DNA of 54,349 bases, filler included, from Basidioascus undulatus (GCA_000826855.1; 3 parts of 3 records of this genome joined end to end with filler, not necessarily neighbours in it); one strand, 5' to 3'. Positions 26,261 to 39,385 are shown, counted from the whole stretch's first letter. Notes: a model not told the origin generated them from the sequence alone. Numbers and translations are program-made.

Positions 26261-28866
26261 ATGTCCGCCGCTACTGCCAAGTCGCTCAAGGCCATCGCGC
26301 CTGTGCCGACCGCTACGGACTTCCTGTACGCCCGACGTCCTTGTATGGGCGTTGTGCGCCGGCTGATGTTGGGAGGGGCTGGCCAGGGACATCGTCCTGT
26401 CCAAGACGCAGCGGAAGACCCCGACGGTCATCCACAAGAACTTCAAGATTAGCCGTATCCGCAACTTCTGTGAGATAACAGCACTATCGAGGAAGTGATG
26501 AACGGTGAGCTAAGCGGTATCGGCACCAGACATGCGGAAGGTCAAGTTCACCCAGGAGTCGTTCAACGAGAAGCTCGACCAGATCCTCACCGAGTTCCCG
26601 ATTCTCGACGTGAGTGCATCTGTACCGTGGCTTCCGCACGCACCTTCCGCTCATACTGCGCGATCCTCCAGAACCTCCACCCCTTCCTCTCCTCCCTCAT
26701 GAACGTCCTCTACGACAAGAACCACTACAAGCTCGCGCTCGGCCAGCTCAACACCGCTCGTCACCTCATCGACCAGGTCGCCAAGGACTATGTCCGCCTG
26801 CTCAAGTTCGGTGACAGCTTGTACCGCTGCAAGCAGCTCAAGCGTGCTGCGATGGGCCGGTACGTATACGATCGCTTTGTGTTGAATCAGGCTCGATCTC
26901 ACGAGTGGGATTGTGCAGTATGGCTACGATCATGCGGAGGCAGAAGGACCCCCTCGAGTACCTCGAGCAGGTCCGCCAGCACATCGCCCGTCTCCCCTCG
27001 ATCGACCCGTCCACGCGCACGCTCCTCATCTGCGGCTACCCGAACGTCGGCAAGTCGTCCTTCATCAACAAGGTCACGCGCGCGGACGTCGACGTCCAGC
27101 CGTACGCGTTCACGACGAAGAGCTTGTTCGTCGGCCACATGGACTACAAGTACCTCCGGTGGCAGGTCATCGACACGCCCGGTATCCTCGACCACCCGCT
27201 CGAGGAGATGAACACGATCGAGATGCAGTCGATCACCGCGATGGCGCACCTGCGGTCGTGCATCCTCTACTTCATGGACTTGTCGGAGCAGTGTGGTTAC
27301 TCGGTCGAGGCGCAGGTACGCTCGGTCCTTTAACTCCGACCTGCCTACTTTCAATCTCACGTTGCTGTTCACTACAGTGCAAGCTCTACCACTCGATCAA
27401 GCCGCTCTTCGCCAACAAACCCACGATCCTCGTCATCAACAAGATTGACGTCGTCCGCCCCGAGGACCTCTCCCCGGAGAAGGCCGCCATGCTCGCCGAG
27501 ATCACCTCGCAGGACGACGTGAAGATGCTCCAACTCTCGTGCCTGTCAGAGGAGGGCGTCATGGACGTCCGCAACCAGGCGTGCGACACGCTCCTGGCGC
27601 ACCGCGTCGAGACCAAGATGCGCGGCAGCAAGATCAACTCGGTCATCAACCGCATCCACGTCGCTCAGCCTAAGGCGCGCGACGACGTCGCCCGTGAGCC
27701 GTTCATCCCCGACGCCATCAAGGCGCGGAAGACGTACGACAAGAGCGATCCCGAGCGCCGCACGCTCGAGCGCGACCTCGAGGCAGAGGGCGGCGGTGCC
27801 GGTGTCTACAGCATCGATCTCAAGAGTGCGTCTTAGTCCTCATCTTTTTCAGGTTCCCTTCCGCTGACTCGCAGTCGATGGCGCTTTATACAGAGAACTA
27901 CCTGCTCGAGAACGACGACTGGAAGCACGACATCATCCCCGAGGTCTTCAACGGCCGCAACGTCGCGGACTTCATCGACCCCGACATCGCCGAGAAGCTC
28001 GAGGCGCTCGAGCGGGAGGAGGAGAAGCTCGAGGCGGAGGGCTTCTACGCGAGCGACGAGGAGATCGTGCGTGTCCGCTGCTATTTGACCGCTGTGACAT
28101 TCGCTGACCCCTCCCTTTCTATTGCAGCTCGACTCGGACGAGGAGGGGATCCGCGCTGACGCCAAGGCGATTCGCGAGGAGCGGGCGATGACCAAGCTCA
28201 AGTCGCAGGACAAGAACCGGTTGAAGAACAAGCCGATCATGCCGCGCACGGCGCAGTCGCGCTCGCTCACCGACATGTCGAGCAAGCTCACGCGCCTCGG
28301 CCTCGACCCGAGCCGGATCGAGGAGCGCGCGACGGCGATTGCCAAGGCGCGCGGCCTCATCGGAAAGCGCAAGCGCGCGGGCGAGGACGGCGACGTGGAC
28401 ATGGACGACGCGGACGAGGGTGTCTGGACGGACGAGGACGCGGCGATGGACGTCGACGACGGCGCGGGAAGGAAGAAGACTAAGACGAACAAGGGCGGCG
28501 CAGTCACGGCCAAGAAGCCCCACCCTCGTGCGCCGACCAAGAACAGGAACCTTATGGGTCTCGGTGGTGCTGCGGTACGTTGGCTGCTCAATTGGTGTAC
28601 TACATCATCGCCGGTGACCGACTTGCATTTGACCTGCTTCCCAACAGAACGAGGCGAAGGCTACCTCTTTGCGCAACCTCAGCCAGCGCGAGCGCAACCG
28701 CATGGCGAAGGCTGGCGAGGCCGACCACCACATCGCCGCAACTATGCCGAAGTGGCTGTTCTCCGGCAAGCGCAAGGTACGTGTCTCGCTCCCTTTCTCG
28801 TCTCTCGCATGCAATGAATGCTCACGGCGCGTCGTTTGGCAGGCCGGAAGCACCAACCGGCGGTAG
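26261..28866 (+). CDS. NOG1: Nucleolar GTP-binding protein 1 (60S biogenesis)
   Basis: [93 protein letters not shown]. Confidence 0.98.
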
Positions 28867-29433
28867 ACGACTCGGCGTTCGTGGTTGGGTTCGGACTGGA
28901 TTCTTGCTTGCTGCCTCTCGCGTGTACTTTCCGGGTTTCGCCTGCTTTAATTTCGCTCTCCCTTTGTCATGTCTCCTTGTATTTTTACATTGCTTCACGA
29001 CCACCCCATCGCATTGCTGTCACATAGACCAGTTGGACGTACTGCCGGATGTCGTCTGCGGGCATGGGCACAGATTCACATGCCGTACACCGATGCCGCT
29101 CTTTGCAAATTTGGTGACACGTACTACGAGCGCAAGCCAAGAGGAAAATTTTGGAAAAAGACTGCAGCGCAGCGCATGCGCTGCGAGATCCATTTCATGG
29201 GCGTTGGCGCACTGTTGAGGCTGTGCACGATCAGTTGCATGACGTGCGAACGGCTGCCGTTGCGCCGGCTCTGCGCCCGCCGACGTCGACCAAGCTTCTT
29301 GCCATCTTGGACGCCTCCTCGTGCACCCACCTTCGTCTTCTTTCTCTCTTACCACACGACTATATTTCTCGCTCACACCACTGCTCAATTATTCCACTGA
29401 TCTTGAACGGCCTGAGAGACTCTCGCTCAGCTC

Positions 29434-32059
29434 ATGTCGATCAATCGCAAGCTCGGCTTCGGCGGGATCGGAACCCGGCTCGCGCACAGCTCGATCCCTG
29501 TCGGCCTCGGTAACAAGGACCTGCGTGCGCTGCAGGACCATATTACGGCGGAGAAGGGTTGGCTGCTTTCGTGAGTCCTCACTTGCGGTAGCTCAGGCGG
29601 GTGGGACGACGGGCGTGCTGATGGGGATGGTGCGCGCTCGCAGGAACCAGAACACGGCGCAGCAGATCACGAAGACGGCTGAGACGCTGAGGGCATGGGG
29701 CGCAGGCGAAGGCGATGACTTGAAGGTATGTTCTGAGCGGCTTCCGCCCCAGGACGCAGCGTTGCTGAAGGTCGCGTGCTTGGCAGGACATCCTCGGCAA
29801 CGCCGGCGTTCTCCTCGACCACCTGTCGAGCGCAACCGTCGCGCTGACGACGCACCAGACGCGGATACGCGAGCTATTTAAGAAGATCCGGACGCGCGAG
29901 GAGGAGCTCGACGACCTGCGGCGGCGGCGCAAGACGCTTGGGGGCAAGATGGACGCCGCGGAGAAGAAGCTCGCGAAGATGAACTCGGAGAACAAGAACC
30001 TGCCGCAGCAGACGCAGCTGCTGGAGGGTTACAGGCAACAGGTACGTGTTCTCATGAGGATTCGGTTGTGGAGAGGTAGCAGCTGAGCTGAGCCGAGATG
30101 GAATGCGTAGGCGGCCGATCTGGACACGCAGATCCTGAACGAGGAGGCTCGAATCTGGGACTTCAAGCGAAGCACGACCAAGCATGCGCTGGCGCTCAAG
30201 TTTTGTGGGCTGATCGAATGGGCGGAGAAGGCTGCCGTACGCCAACGTCTGTTGTTTGTGCGTCATGACGCTCGCCGCTGACGCATCAGACTCTGCAGAT
30301 TGTTGGCGAGATGGGCAAGCTGCTCATTGAGGTGCGCAGGCGGGCGCATCATGCGAGGCTGCGGAAGCTCACTCGGGGGATCGCAGGAGATTCCTCTTGA
30401 CACAGCGCCTCCCAGTTACCCGCATCCTTCCTACCATGGTTCGCATCAGCCCTGTCTCAGTTCCCCTCACTCGCCTCTGACGAACTCGGGCGGCAGGCTA
30501 CGAGCGTTCCGCAAAGGTCGTCTCGAACACCGAGAAGACGCTTTCCGAGGTCACCTTCGGGCCGATGCCGGTGACGGACCTTCACGCGCCGTCTATGCCC
30601 ACGCATGAAGACTTCGAACCGCCACGCTCTCCTACCATTGGACGCGACCCTTACGCGCAAATGTCGATCAGCCCGACGCTGAGCCAGGGACCGACGTCGC
30701 CTTGGGTGTGTGACATCTTCGCAGCTGGGCAACAGGCTTGTTCGCTCACAATCCGTCTTTTCAGATCGACGCCGACACGACAGGGCAGCCAGGCTACTAT
30801 TCCGACCCCTACAACGATGGCCAAGGCGGGTACCCGTCGCTCAGCGCTGTCGCTGCTGCGCCAACGGCGGACGCGCCCTCGGCGCCTGCGACGCACCAGC
30901 GCCAACCGTCGGCTTCGAGTGTGCCCATTGCTGCTCCCGCCTCTCCACCTCCTACTTCGACCCTCGCTGCCCTCTCGTCGCCGGACCAGCCATGGCGCAT
31001 CTCGAACAACCCCGACGCGTACCCCGAGCATGGTGACTGGTTTAACGCATCAATCCTTTCATCAACATTCGCTAATTTGAGTCAGCCCACATAGATCCGC
31101 GCCACGAGGCATTGGTCAGCTCGCACACTCCCTCGCCGACCACGCCTGCGCCTCCGGCTGAGAGGCGCGAGGACTCCACGTTCTCCGACATACCCGTGGC
31201 GGCCATTTCGTACGATCCGCCGGCCGGCCCGCCGCCTGACTGGACGCCGCAAGCGAATCACCAAGCGCAGGATCGCTCGTTCGACGCCGAAGACGCGTAC
31301 GGCGGGACGGTACCGGAGAGTCCTGAGCGGAGACGGGAAACCGAGGAGCTGCGCCCGGCCGTGTCCACGACTGCTCCCGCATCGCACACAGATGACTGTG
31401 AGTTCCAGGCTGTCGTAATGCTACGGACTGGAAACTGAGCTGATTGGACATCCATTAAAGCGTACCACCCCTCCGCCTTCCCCCCGCACCCCTCTCTCGC
31501 CGAGTCTCAGCAGGCGTCGTACGTGACCGCCCCTGCGGCCTCGCCTGCCCCGCCTGCCTCGCGCACACCCACCCCGCCACCGCCATTCCCTGAGCCGTCG
31601 GCTGCTCCGTACCACGCTCAGGAGTCATCCCTTCCGAACCCCTACGACGACCGCATCCCGTCTCCCCCGCCGCCAACCGCGCACGACGAGGTCCGGGTGC
31701 CTCCTACCGATCGTGAGCCGTCCCCTCTCCCACTGCCCATTCGCCCCTCGTCGCCGTATGGCGCGCCTCGTGTTCCGCGCGCGACGTCTCCCGTGCCCTC
31801 ATTCGGATCGGCCGGCAGCTTCAGGCCTGAGAGCGGCTCGCGCACGATCTCAGCCGCTGCGTTCAGGCGTGGCAGGCCGAGCGCAGGCGGCGGCAGCGTG
31901 CCTTTGCCGTCTACGCCGGACAGCGGGGCTGGGAGCGGGACCGCACCTTTGAAAATCAGGAAGAGCGCTACGCCGCTCTCCCCCGGCGCGGGCGAGGAGG
32001 CATGCGGGACGAGCCCGGGCGGGTATGGAAACGGCGGGTATGCGACGCGGTTGGACTGA
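29434..32059 (+). CDS. Eisosome PIL1/LSP1-like BAR-domain protein with long Pro-rich C-terminus
   Basis: NKDLRALQDHITAEK, LRAWGAGEGDDLK|DIL, FKKIRTREEEL, AEKKLAKMNSENK, FKRSTTKHALALKF, SRTISAAAFRR. Confidence 0.75.
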
Positions 32060-32467
32060 GCGGAACGACAATGACTGTTAACGTTAATTCGGGACTTTTA
32101 TATTACCCTGACGGTTATTTGATGTGATATGTAATGTTTGCTAGTTTTTGACCTTGTCCTGAACACGCCTTCAGGACCCAGGGAGTAGCGTCGAAATCTT
32201 ACCGCAACTCGTTCGACCCCTATCGCTTCTATCCTCAAACCACGCCCAAGAAATTAGTCAAAAGCTGTGCTTACTGATTTTCAATACGTTCCATCACTGG
32301 GCATAGCATCGACTGCATCACGCACTGCCTCGCTGATGTTTCGGAAGACGTGGAGGGGCAACGGGGCAGCCTGCGACATGGCGCTGCTCGGACTCGCTCG
32401 ACCGTCGAGCTCCTTTAATAGAGACCACTGGCACTCATTTGCACCCCGAACGCACCTCTACTTCGTA

Positions 32468-33293
32468 ATGGTCGTCGAATCTGTCCCATCCGCTCACCGT
32501 GTGCTCCTCCTGCCTGAGAGTGAAACGCCGGACATCCTCCTCGTCGCTGCAGACGGTTCCTCGTTCCCCTTTCAACAGCTCTACCTTCGCGCCGCCTCTC
32601 GGGTTTTCGTGGACATATTCGATCTCGGCGGCCCATCCAAGGTCCCCATGCCTCGCATCGAGCTGCCCGAAGAGGCGGCTGTCCTCGAACCTTTCCTGCA
32701 GCTCATGCACCCCGTCGCGCCCATGCCCTCTTCTCCCACCACCATCGACATCTTCCATGGGCTCCTTCGCACATCCGGCAAGCACGACACGCCCATAATC
32801 ACCGAGCTTCTCCGGTGGACCTGCCGAAGCGTGCGTACGCCCTCGCGCTCCTCACCAACCCACCGCGACCGCTGGCGCTCGCTGTCTTCTGCATCGCGGC
32901 CGAGCACGGCTGCCTCGACGTAGCCAAGACGGCCTGGCGCTCGCCGTCCACGTCCCCCTCTCCGACGTCAAGCTCGACGACGTGCGCGACGTCCCGCCAG
33001 CGTACTACCACGCGCTCGTCACGCTCCATCTCGGGCGGGTCGAGGCCGCGCGCAGTATCCTCAAGGACGAGCCGCTCTTCCTGCACGGCTACAAGGTGTG
33101 CACCTCGCACAAATTGGCTGTCGAGAAGGTCTGGGAGGACGCGAAGACGGATGCGATCATGGACGTCACGGCCGGCATGTTCAACCCCGCCTCCCTCCTG
33201 AGCGGTGTAGCGACGGAAACGGACTGCGCGGTATGTGTCAAGGGTAAGTCGCGACAGATCTCTTCCCGTGTGACGCCAACGCTGAACACCTAA
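32468..33293 (+). pseudogene. BTB/POZ-domain protein, intronless, two frameshifts
   Basis: PDILLVAADGSSF..LRAASRVFVDIF..IELPEEAAVLEPFLQLMHP..GKHD; frame changes near 32813 and 32957; C-terminal C..H..W..CxxC. Confidence 0.75.
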
Positions 33294-33489
33294 ATACAGC
33301 TGTGCATGCCGCTCTGAGAATGATACATTAAGTGGATGAAAGTTCCGTCGGAGATCGAGCTCTAGGTGGGCGGTCCATGTCCTCGCTGCGCTTTCGATTT
33401 TGTCTGGCACTCCAAAGGCCGCAGTGCGTCGATTCGACTGAAATGGGCCAGATGTTTTCCTGGATTTCGGCTCATTACCTCCTTACAGT

Positions 33490-34310
33490 GTTCCGACATC
33501 CGCGTCCGACGAGAAGAACCACATTTTCACACCCTTTGCCGCCCCTTCTCCCGATGTCCTCCTGATTTCATCCGACTCGCACACATTCCTCTACCAACGC
33601 TCCGCCCTCTCCGCATGCTCGTCCGTCTTCAACGACCTCTTCGTCTGCACCGAGAGTACTTCCCTCGATCCCTCTTCGGAACCCCTCCACGTCTCCGAGC
33701 CCGCGCACGTCCTATCCCCCTTCCTCGCCGTCGCACACGACCCCTCCTATCGCTCGCCCGAAACGCTGCCTCTCCGCGTGGTAAACTCGCTCCTCCTAAT
33801 GGCTCACAAGTACGAAGCGCCCTCAATTGCGCTTCTCTGCACTCTGCTCTAAGCAACTATCCTCCCTTCGACGCCTACCTCCTCGCCTCCCGCGCCTCGA
33901 CGTCCCTCCTCGCCGCGCCCTTCGCCTCCTCGCACACCCCGACTCTTCCGCGCGCCCCTACATCCGCGATGCACGCTCTCCTCCGCGCCCCCACATCCGC
34001 GATGCACGCTCTCCTCGCACTCCACCTCGTCCGCATCGACGCAGCGCGCGACATCTTGCTCAAGCAGGTACTCAACCCGCAGACGTGCAGTGCGCACGGC
34101 GCCGAGGTGCTGCACATCTGGGACGCCGCGAGGCGCGCAGTTCTTTTCGACATCACCCCGAACTGTGTGCTTGCGGAGCTCGTGAGGGACAAGGTGCTGC
34201 CGGGTGTCGAGGCGCTCGAGTGCAGGGAGTGCACGGCAGGGACGCAGTTCGCGCTGCAGGTTGTGCAGATCAGGTGGGGGAACGTGCGGGACTCTGTCAA
34301 GATTGAGTGA
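33490..34310 (+). pseudogene. Second BTB/POZ paralogue, frameshifted, no clear ATG
   Basis: Frame not shown in the ORF track: PDVLLISSDSHTF..LSACSSVFNDLF..LHVSEPAHVLSPFL..MAHKYE; shift near 33838; then HALLALHLVRIDAARDIL..CSAH..IWDAA..CREC. Confidence 0.7.
33951..34016 (+). repeat. 33-bp tandem duplication (2 copies, 1 mismatch)
   Basis: CGCGCCCC(T/C)ACATCCGCGATGCACGCTCTCCTC twice, encoding RAPTSAMHALL twice. Confidence 0.95.
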
Positions 34311-35742
34311 ATAGCACGCTTTCGCTGTCTGTAAACATCTTTTTATAATCGCAAACAACCGGTTGCCTGAAGTATTGTTCTTTTGCGTCCACTGTGTGCC
34401 GCCCGTGCAGACAGACTGCGCGTGACGGCGCTGCTCGTCTCCCTCTCCAGAGATACCCTCGGTCCACCATTCGCGTTTAAGCTTACAGGAGGCGACAAAC
34501 AAACCACCTAATTTGAGCCGCTACCTTTTGGGCAGACCACGATTGCCCCAACACAGTGGCAATGCAGGGCGCCGTGAAGGCTGTGATTTTGTAGCGACCG
34601 TCCGTTTCATAGGATGATGCACTTTCCCACAGCAGGATCAGACCGGAAGAACTACCAAAGTGGACTGAGTATTTTGTTTTCACTGATACGAATTGAATGG
34701 GTTAACCAATTAGCAAACGTGCGAACGGCGCCTTGCACATCGATATCACCAATCCGTGTGCTTCCAGTGCATCGCCTGACAGTCGCTAAAGACTACGGGA
34801 CCGTCAAACGTTTTTATACAGATATTACTTGAGGGACATTCATAAAGAGGGCCTGAAATAATGGTGGCACAGAACACCTAGTAGTCGATAGTGACACAGT
34901 GCAGTCGTCGGCCTGATGCAGACGCGATCAAGGCAAGGCTGTGAGGGCTGCGTTTGGCAAGGAGGGAGCTGAGATACGAAACTAGTGTGGGCGTTGGTAT
35001 GTTTTATGAGCTGGCAGGAATGACCCCTACAAGGGAAGACAGACGAGTTGATCGTCTCATCACGCTCCGTCAGATCAGACGCAATATTACCAACTACATC
35101 GGACCCATCGGACATCATGCATTTCCTGGTTCGGAACGAAAGACGACCGACGAGAGCGGCGGTTTCGAGAAGCGGGTGTGTCGGTCAGTACCCGTCGACC
35201 CGACGGCTTTTGAGCTGCGGGGCGGTTTGATATCGATACAGTGTTATTAGATAAAGGCAAAGGGTTTGAAAAGAGGTATGCAGGGCAAATATCCGCCGCC
35301 CGAAAGAGGCGATCGAGGTGAGGGATGAGAGCCAGAGCAACTGCAATTACAGCGACCCTCCTTCTGTTCCTGGCGGCCGAGGTCCACGCTTGCGAGGTGA
35401 GCGAGACGAAGGACGAGTTGCATGCATCCGAGTAGCAAGAGTGAGACCCGGTCGATGTCGACAGCCAGCACCGAGGGATGGCTTCAGCGATCATGGGACT
35501 GCCAATGTGTGCGAGTCGATTGCTGTACTTTGAAGGCCAGCGAGGCATCCCATCCTCAGCCATTGAGAGTCCAGTAGTCATGCGAAATAGCCGTGCGAAG
35601 GAGGAAGCCGGGTGGTACGGATGGGCGGATGTGCATCAGCAGGCAAAGGCAAGCCAGCTTCGGCAGCAAGAACCATCACTGTCACAAACGGCGCTCTGCA
35701 CCGGATAGCGTCCAGTCCTAATCATCGAATGCCATCGCCTTC

Positions 35743-36196
35743 CTACGTCGTCCCCTGACTCCCCTCTCCCCCCCCCGCGCCGGCCGCGCTCATCTTCATC
35801 AGCTCCGCCAGTACCCCCCCATCCATATCCATCGCCTCTCCCCCAACGCCCGAGGCCCCCTCCCCAACGCCGACGCCGACGCCCGCCGCCGCCGCGTCCA
35901 GATCAAACGCGCCAAAGTCGAGGTCGAACCCGCTGAGGTCGAGCTGGGGCTCCCCGTCCTTAGGCGGGGACGGCAGCGGCTGTTGCTGGGATTGGGGTGG
36001 AGGAGGTTGCTGCTGCCCCTGCTGCTTGAGCGCGGCGAGGAGGTTGAGGTCCTCTGGTGCTGGGGACGCTGCGCGCGAGAGCGCAGTGAGGAGCGCGGTG
36101 GTCTCCTCGTCTGTGGGTCCTGGGCCGGCAGGGGTGGACGCGAAGAGGGCGGAGGCGGCGGGCGGGACGGTTGCGGCGCCGGCGGTAGTGGGGGAG
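35743..36196 (-). CDS. 3' terminal exon of an unidentified gene (low-complexity Ala/Pro/Gln, acidic-Phe tail)
   Basis: Open frame with host-like GC3 bias running off the contig end: ...PQLDLSGFDLDFGAFDLD...SQGTT*. Confidence 0.6.
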
Positions 36197-36213
36197 AGAT
36201 CGGAAGAGCACAC
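36197..36213 (+). other. Untrimmed Illumina TruSeq adapter
   Basis: AGATCGGAAGAGCACAC exactly at the contig end. Confidence 0.95.
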
Positions 36214-36313
36214 NNNNNNNNNNNNNNNNNNNNNNNNNNNNNNNNNNNNNNNNNNNNTTAATTAATTAANNNNNNNNNNNNNNNNNNNNNNNNNNNNNNN
36301 NNNNNNNNNNNNN
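36214..36313. other. Artificial contig-joining spacer
   Basis: 44 N + TTAATTAATTAA + 44 N. Confidence 0.99.
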
Positions 36314-36315
36314 CG

Positions 36316-36358
36316 AGCAGCGGCAGGCGCAGCAGCGGCAGCAGCAGCAGCAGCAGCA
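36316..36358 (+). repeat. Imperfect (GCA)n microsatellite at contig start
   Basis: agcagcggcaggcgcagcagcggcagcagcagcagcagca. Confidence 0.8.
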
Positions 36359-36401
36359 CCACTCGCCCGGAAGCCGAGCCTCATCTCCCAGAGCTCAACC
36401 C

Positions 36402-37403
36402 CTACTTCTTCCCGCCGCCGTACGTCGCCTTGCGGCCGAGGTCGAAGGGGATGTACTTGTACTTGATCATGTGCCTGCGTGTGCATTCCGGTCAGATTGA
36501 AGCTGGAGGGGAGAAGGGATGGGAGGACGTACGCTATCTGCCTCCGCATGGTGATAGAGAAGAGAATGAGAAAGTAGACGAGGAGGATCGGCCAGTACAC
36601 AGGGATGTCGAAGATGACGCTCGTGGTCGCGACGAGGGAGAGGCCAATAGCGCGGGTCGCGGAAAGCCTGTTCCATTTCCACACACAGTCGCCCACCGTC
36701 AGCCTCGTACATTCCCGAGCACCCTTGCCATGCCGGTCTCCCCGCCCCATCTCCAATTCGACCGAGACACACCAGAACTTAAACTCCGGCAGTCTCCGGA
36801 TGAACGGCCGGAACTCGTCGTCACCCCCACCAGAGCCCAGCCCGAACCCACCGCCGCCGCCGTAGGAGTTGGACGTAGGGAGCTCCGGCCCGCCCTCCTC
36901 GACTTCGGACGCGAGGACGTCGGCTTCCAGGGAGGGGTCAAATTTGGGTTGGAGGAAGGCGAGGAAGAGGTTGAGGCTGTGGGAAGGGAATGAGAGATTA
37001 GAGAAATTGGGGACATTGAAGGGTGCTGTAGGGGTAGAGAAAAGCGGGGGAGGTCACAACGTACAGGTACTGTGGTGAGGCGGTGTTTGTCATCAAGAGG
37101 GTGGTAGAAAGATGGAGGAATTGGGACGGACGATGAACAGCGCGTAGCAGACAATGAACCAGGCCTGGCTCCACAGAATGCGCAGGACAAAGAGTGCGAG
37201 CAGGCCGCCGGTGGTGAGCCACCGGTACGTCGTGTACGGTGTGACGCGGTCGAGGTAAGCCTGCATCTGGCGCTGGTAGCGTGACGTCTGCGCCTGGAAC
37301 GTCGCGTAGGGCGTCGAATCGGACAGGCCTGCTAATCCTATTTTACGGTTAAGCTGGGAATATAAAGCACGGGGAGAAAGAAAGCCGCGCCTTCGTTCAT
37401 CAT
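36402..37403 (-). CDS. RER1: Rer1 ER-retrieval receptor
   Basis: YLDRVTPYTTYRW, QAWFIVCYALFI, NLFLAFLQPKFDPSL, DDEFRPFIRRLPEFKFW, FDIPVYWPIL, TMRRQI|.HMIKYKYIPFDLGRK. Confidence 0.97.
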
Positions 37404-38129
37404 GGCGGCGGCGGGGGAGAGCGGAAGGAGAGGTAAGGGCAGATGGCGGCGGGAGCGAAGACACGTTGGGCAAGCTGCTGTCGGGCGCGCGTTGTTGGCG
37501 AGATTCGACGCAGCGGGCCGACTGCGGAGGACCCGGGGAGGGCGTCAAATTAACCTCATTTCTTTGGGCCTCCGCTTCCTGGTGGAATAGCCGGCTTGCC
37601 CCAAGCCTTGTTTTCTTTCCCCGCAGACACAAAAGACATCTCGAATGCTGTTCAATCAAGCTCTCGCGGCCGCATGGAAGAAGTGCGAGAGCGGTGTCAT
37701 CAGAAAATGCGCCTGGGTCAACCTGCAGCCCAGTTTCCATCTGGAACGACTCGCAACTCACTTGGGAAATGCGAACTTAGTATTATTAAGGATCAGGAAT
37801 TTCCGATACCCAAAAGATTGGACGGCTACCTCGCGGTGTGCTGGCGATGTGCCCACAGAAGTATAACGTCTACAGTACATGCCGACAATCTCCTACTGCA
37901 GGCTGTTGAAGTGCACTCAAACTTTTGAATCTTGGATAGGCAACTGTAAATTTATGGCGGAGCTCAAGTGAGACTTCATTCTCAGCCCCGCTCCCTTACG
38001 ATCAGCACAGCAGTCAATGGGAAACCCCCGGGCGTCCCACGCGTGCTACTGAATCTTCGACATGACCACACCTAATCAGGAAATCCGCATTATAGGATAC
38101 CGTAAGGAACCCACCTACGCTCTCTCTCC

Positions 38130-38502
38130 CTACTGCATGACCACAGTCGTGATGCCTCGAGTAACAGCCGTAGCAGTGGGTGCTGCATTGGGTGCAGCAG
38201 TCGGCGTGCTGATCATAGCCCATCGAAGCAGGTCAATATCACTGGTAAACAGCCAGGGACAGAACTGCGGCGCGATGCAGCGGCGGTGGAGGGTTGGGGT
38301 AGGTAGCTCGGGGGCGGGAGTGATGTATGCTTCATTGGCGGTTTCGTTGAGGGACTTGGTCAGATCCTAGAGGCGGATTGCAATGGGGATAAAAATTGTT
38401 ATGAAGAGGGATTCTTACAGATTGGCACTGGGGGAAGACCCAGTGTGGTCGTTGCGAGGAGCGGCAGCAACCGACCAGAGCGCGGATGAGCAAGTTGCGC
38501 AT
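38130..38502 (-). CDS. Possible small two-exon orphan or decayed secreted protein gene
   Basis: ATG at 38502; a GTAAGA...CTAG intron joins in frame to DLTKSLNETANEAYITPAPELPTPTLHRRCIAPQFC...TTVVMQ*. Confidence 0.3.
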
Positions 38503-39385
38503 CGTGGCACCGATGAACGTTGGGAGTTGAGGAGAGTATGCCTTCCAAATATGGGCACGTTCTTAGAAATTGAGAAAGGCCTTGGCCAAGTATCTTGCTC
38601 GGCGATGCTTGCATGTTCGCGCGGGAGTGTGAAGGTAACTTAAGCTGCCCGTGTGCCCGTGAAGCCAGCGCACAGTTCATACAGTTGCAAAGGGCAATTT
38701 GAGGTGAATTGGATTGGGGTGTTTTAAAGAAATAGGAGTGTCTCAAGCACCCGGGAACTTCATGAGGGACAAACGTGCACGGATTGGAATCTGGACTTGG
38801 GCCAGCCCGTTTCCCTTCCATTTGCTGCTCAGCATGCTTTCAGGTCTTTGTGCTGGTCAGAAGTATTTTTAAAAAGTGGGATCATAACATTTAAAGGTAA
38901 GCTTGAAAGTCGTCCAACTGCCTTGATCAGGGAACACTACTATGGGATGCTTCAGAGGAGTCCGGTATGATACTGGAAATGCACCGCAGCTTTCACGTTC
39001 GGACCCCACGGCCTGGGAGTGTGGCAAGAAGCAACTGGGGGAGAGAAACAAATAGAAGGACTCGCATTCAAGGCGCGCCTGTTCAGAAGCGCTATCTGTT
39101 GAGCACAACATGGGTGCTGACGAGCTTTTCACAGCGCTCAGCTCAATTTGGGAAGTTACGCAAGGTCTAACGAAGATACAAACGGGAGTTTATTGCACCT
39201 CCATGAAGTGGCCTTGCAGGTGCAGACATCTGCGAAAGCAAGCCGGTTGCACCGCGCCACACGTGCCGGCTCTTGTCTCCGAACCACCACCGTCTGCGCC
39301 CTGCCACGCGCTTCGTCGCCACCAAAGCTGTTCACTGCCCAAGCGCTCTCGCTCGACCTTAAAAGCTGTCTATAAGACGCTCAAA

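Noticed and set aside
26495..28856. Long alternative-frame and antisense ORFs over NOG1 (likewise over TRR1, RIO1, CSC1)
   Set aside because: Expected by-product of high GC3 codon bias.
34840..35710. Several overlapping 60-160 aa ORFs
   Set aside because: No motif, codon bias or consistent exon structure recognised.
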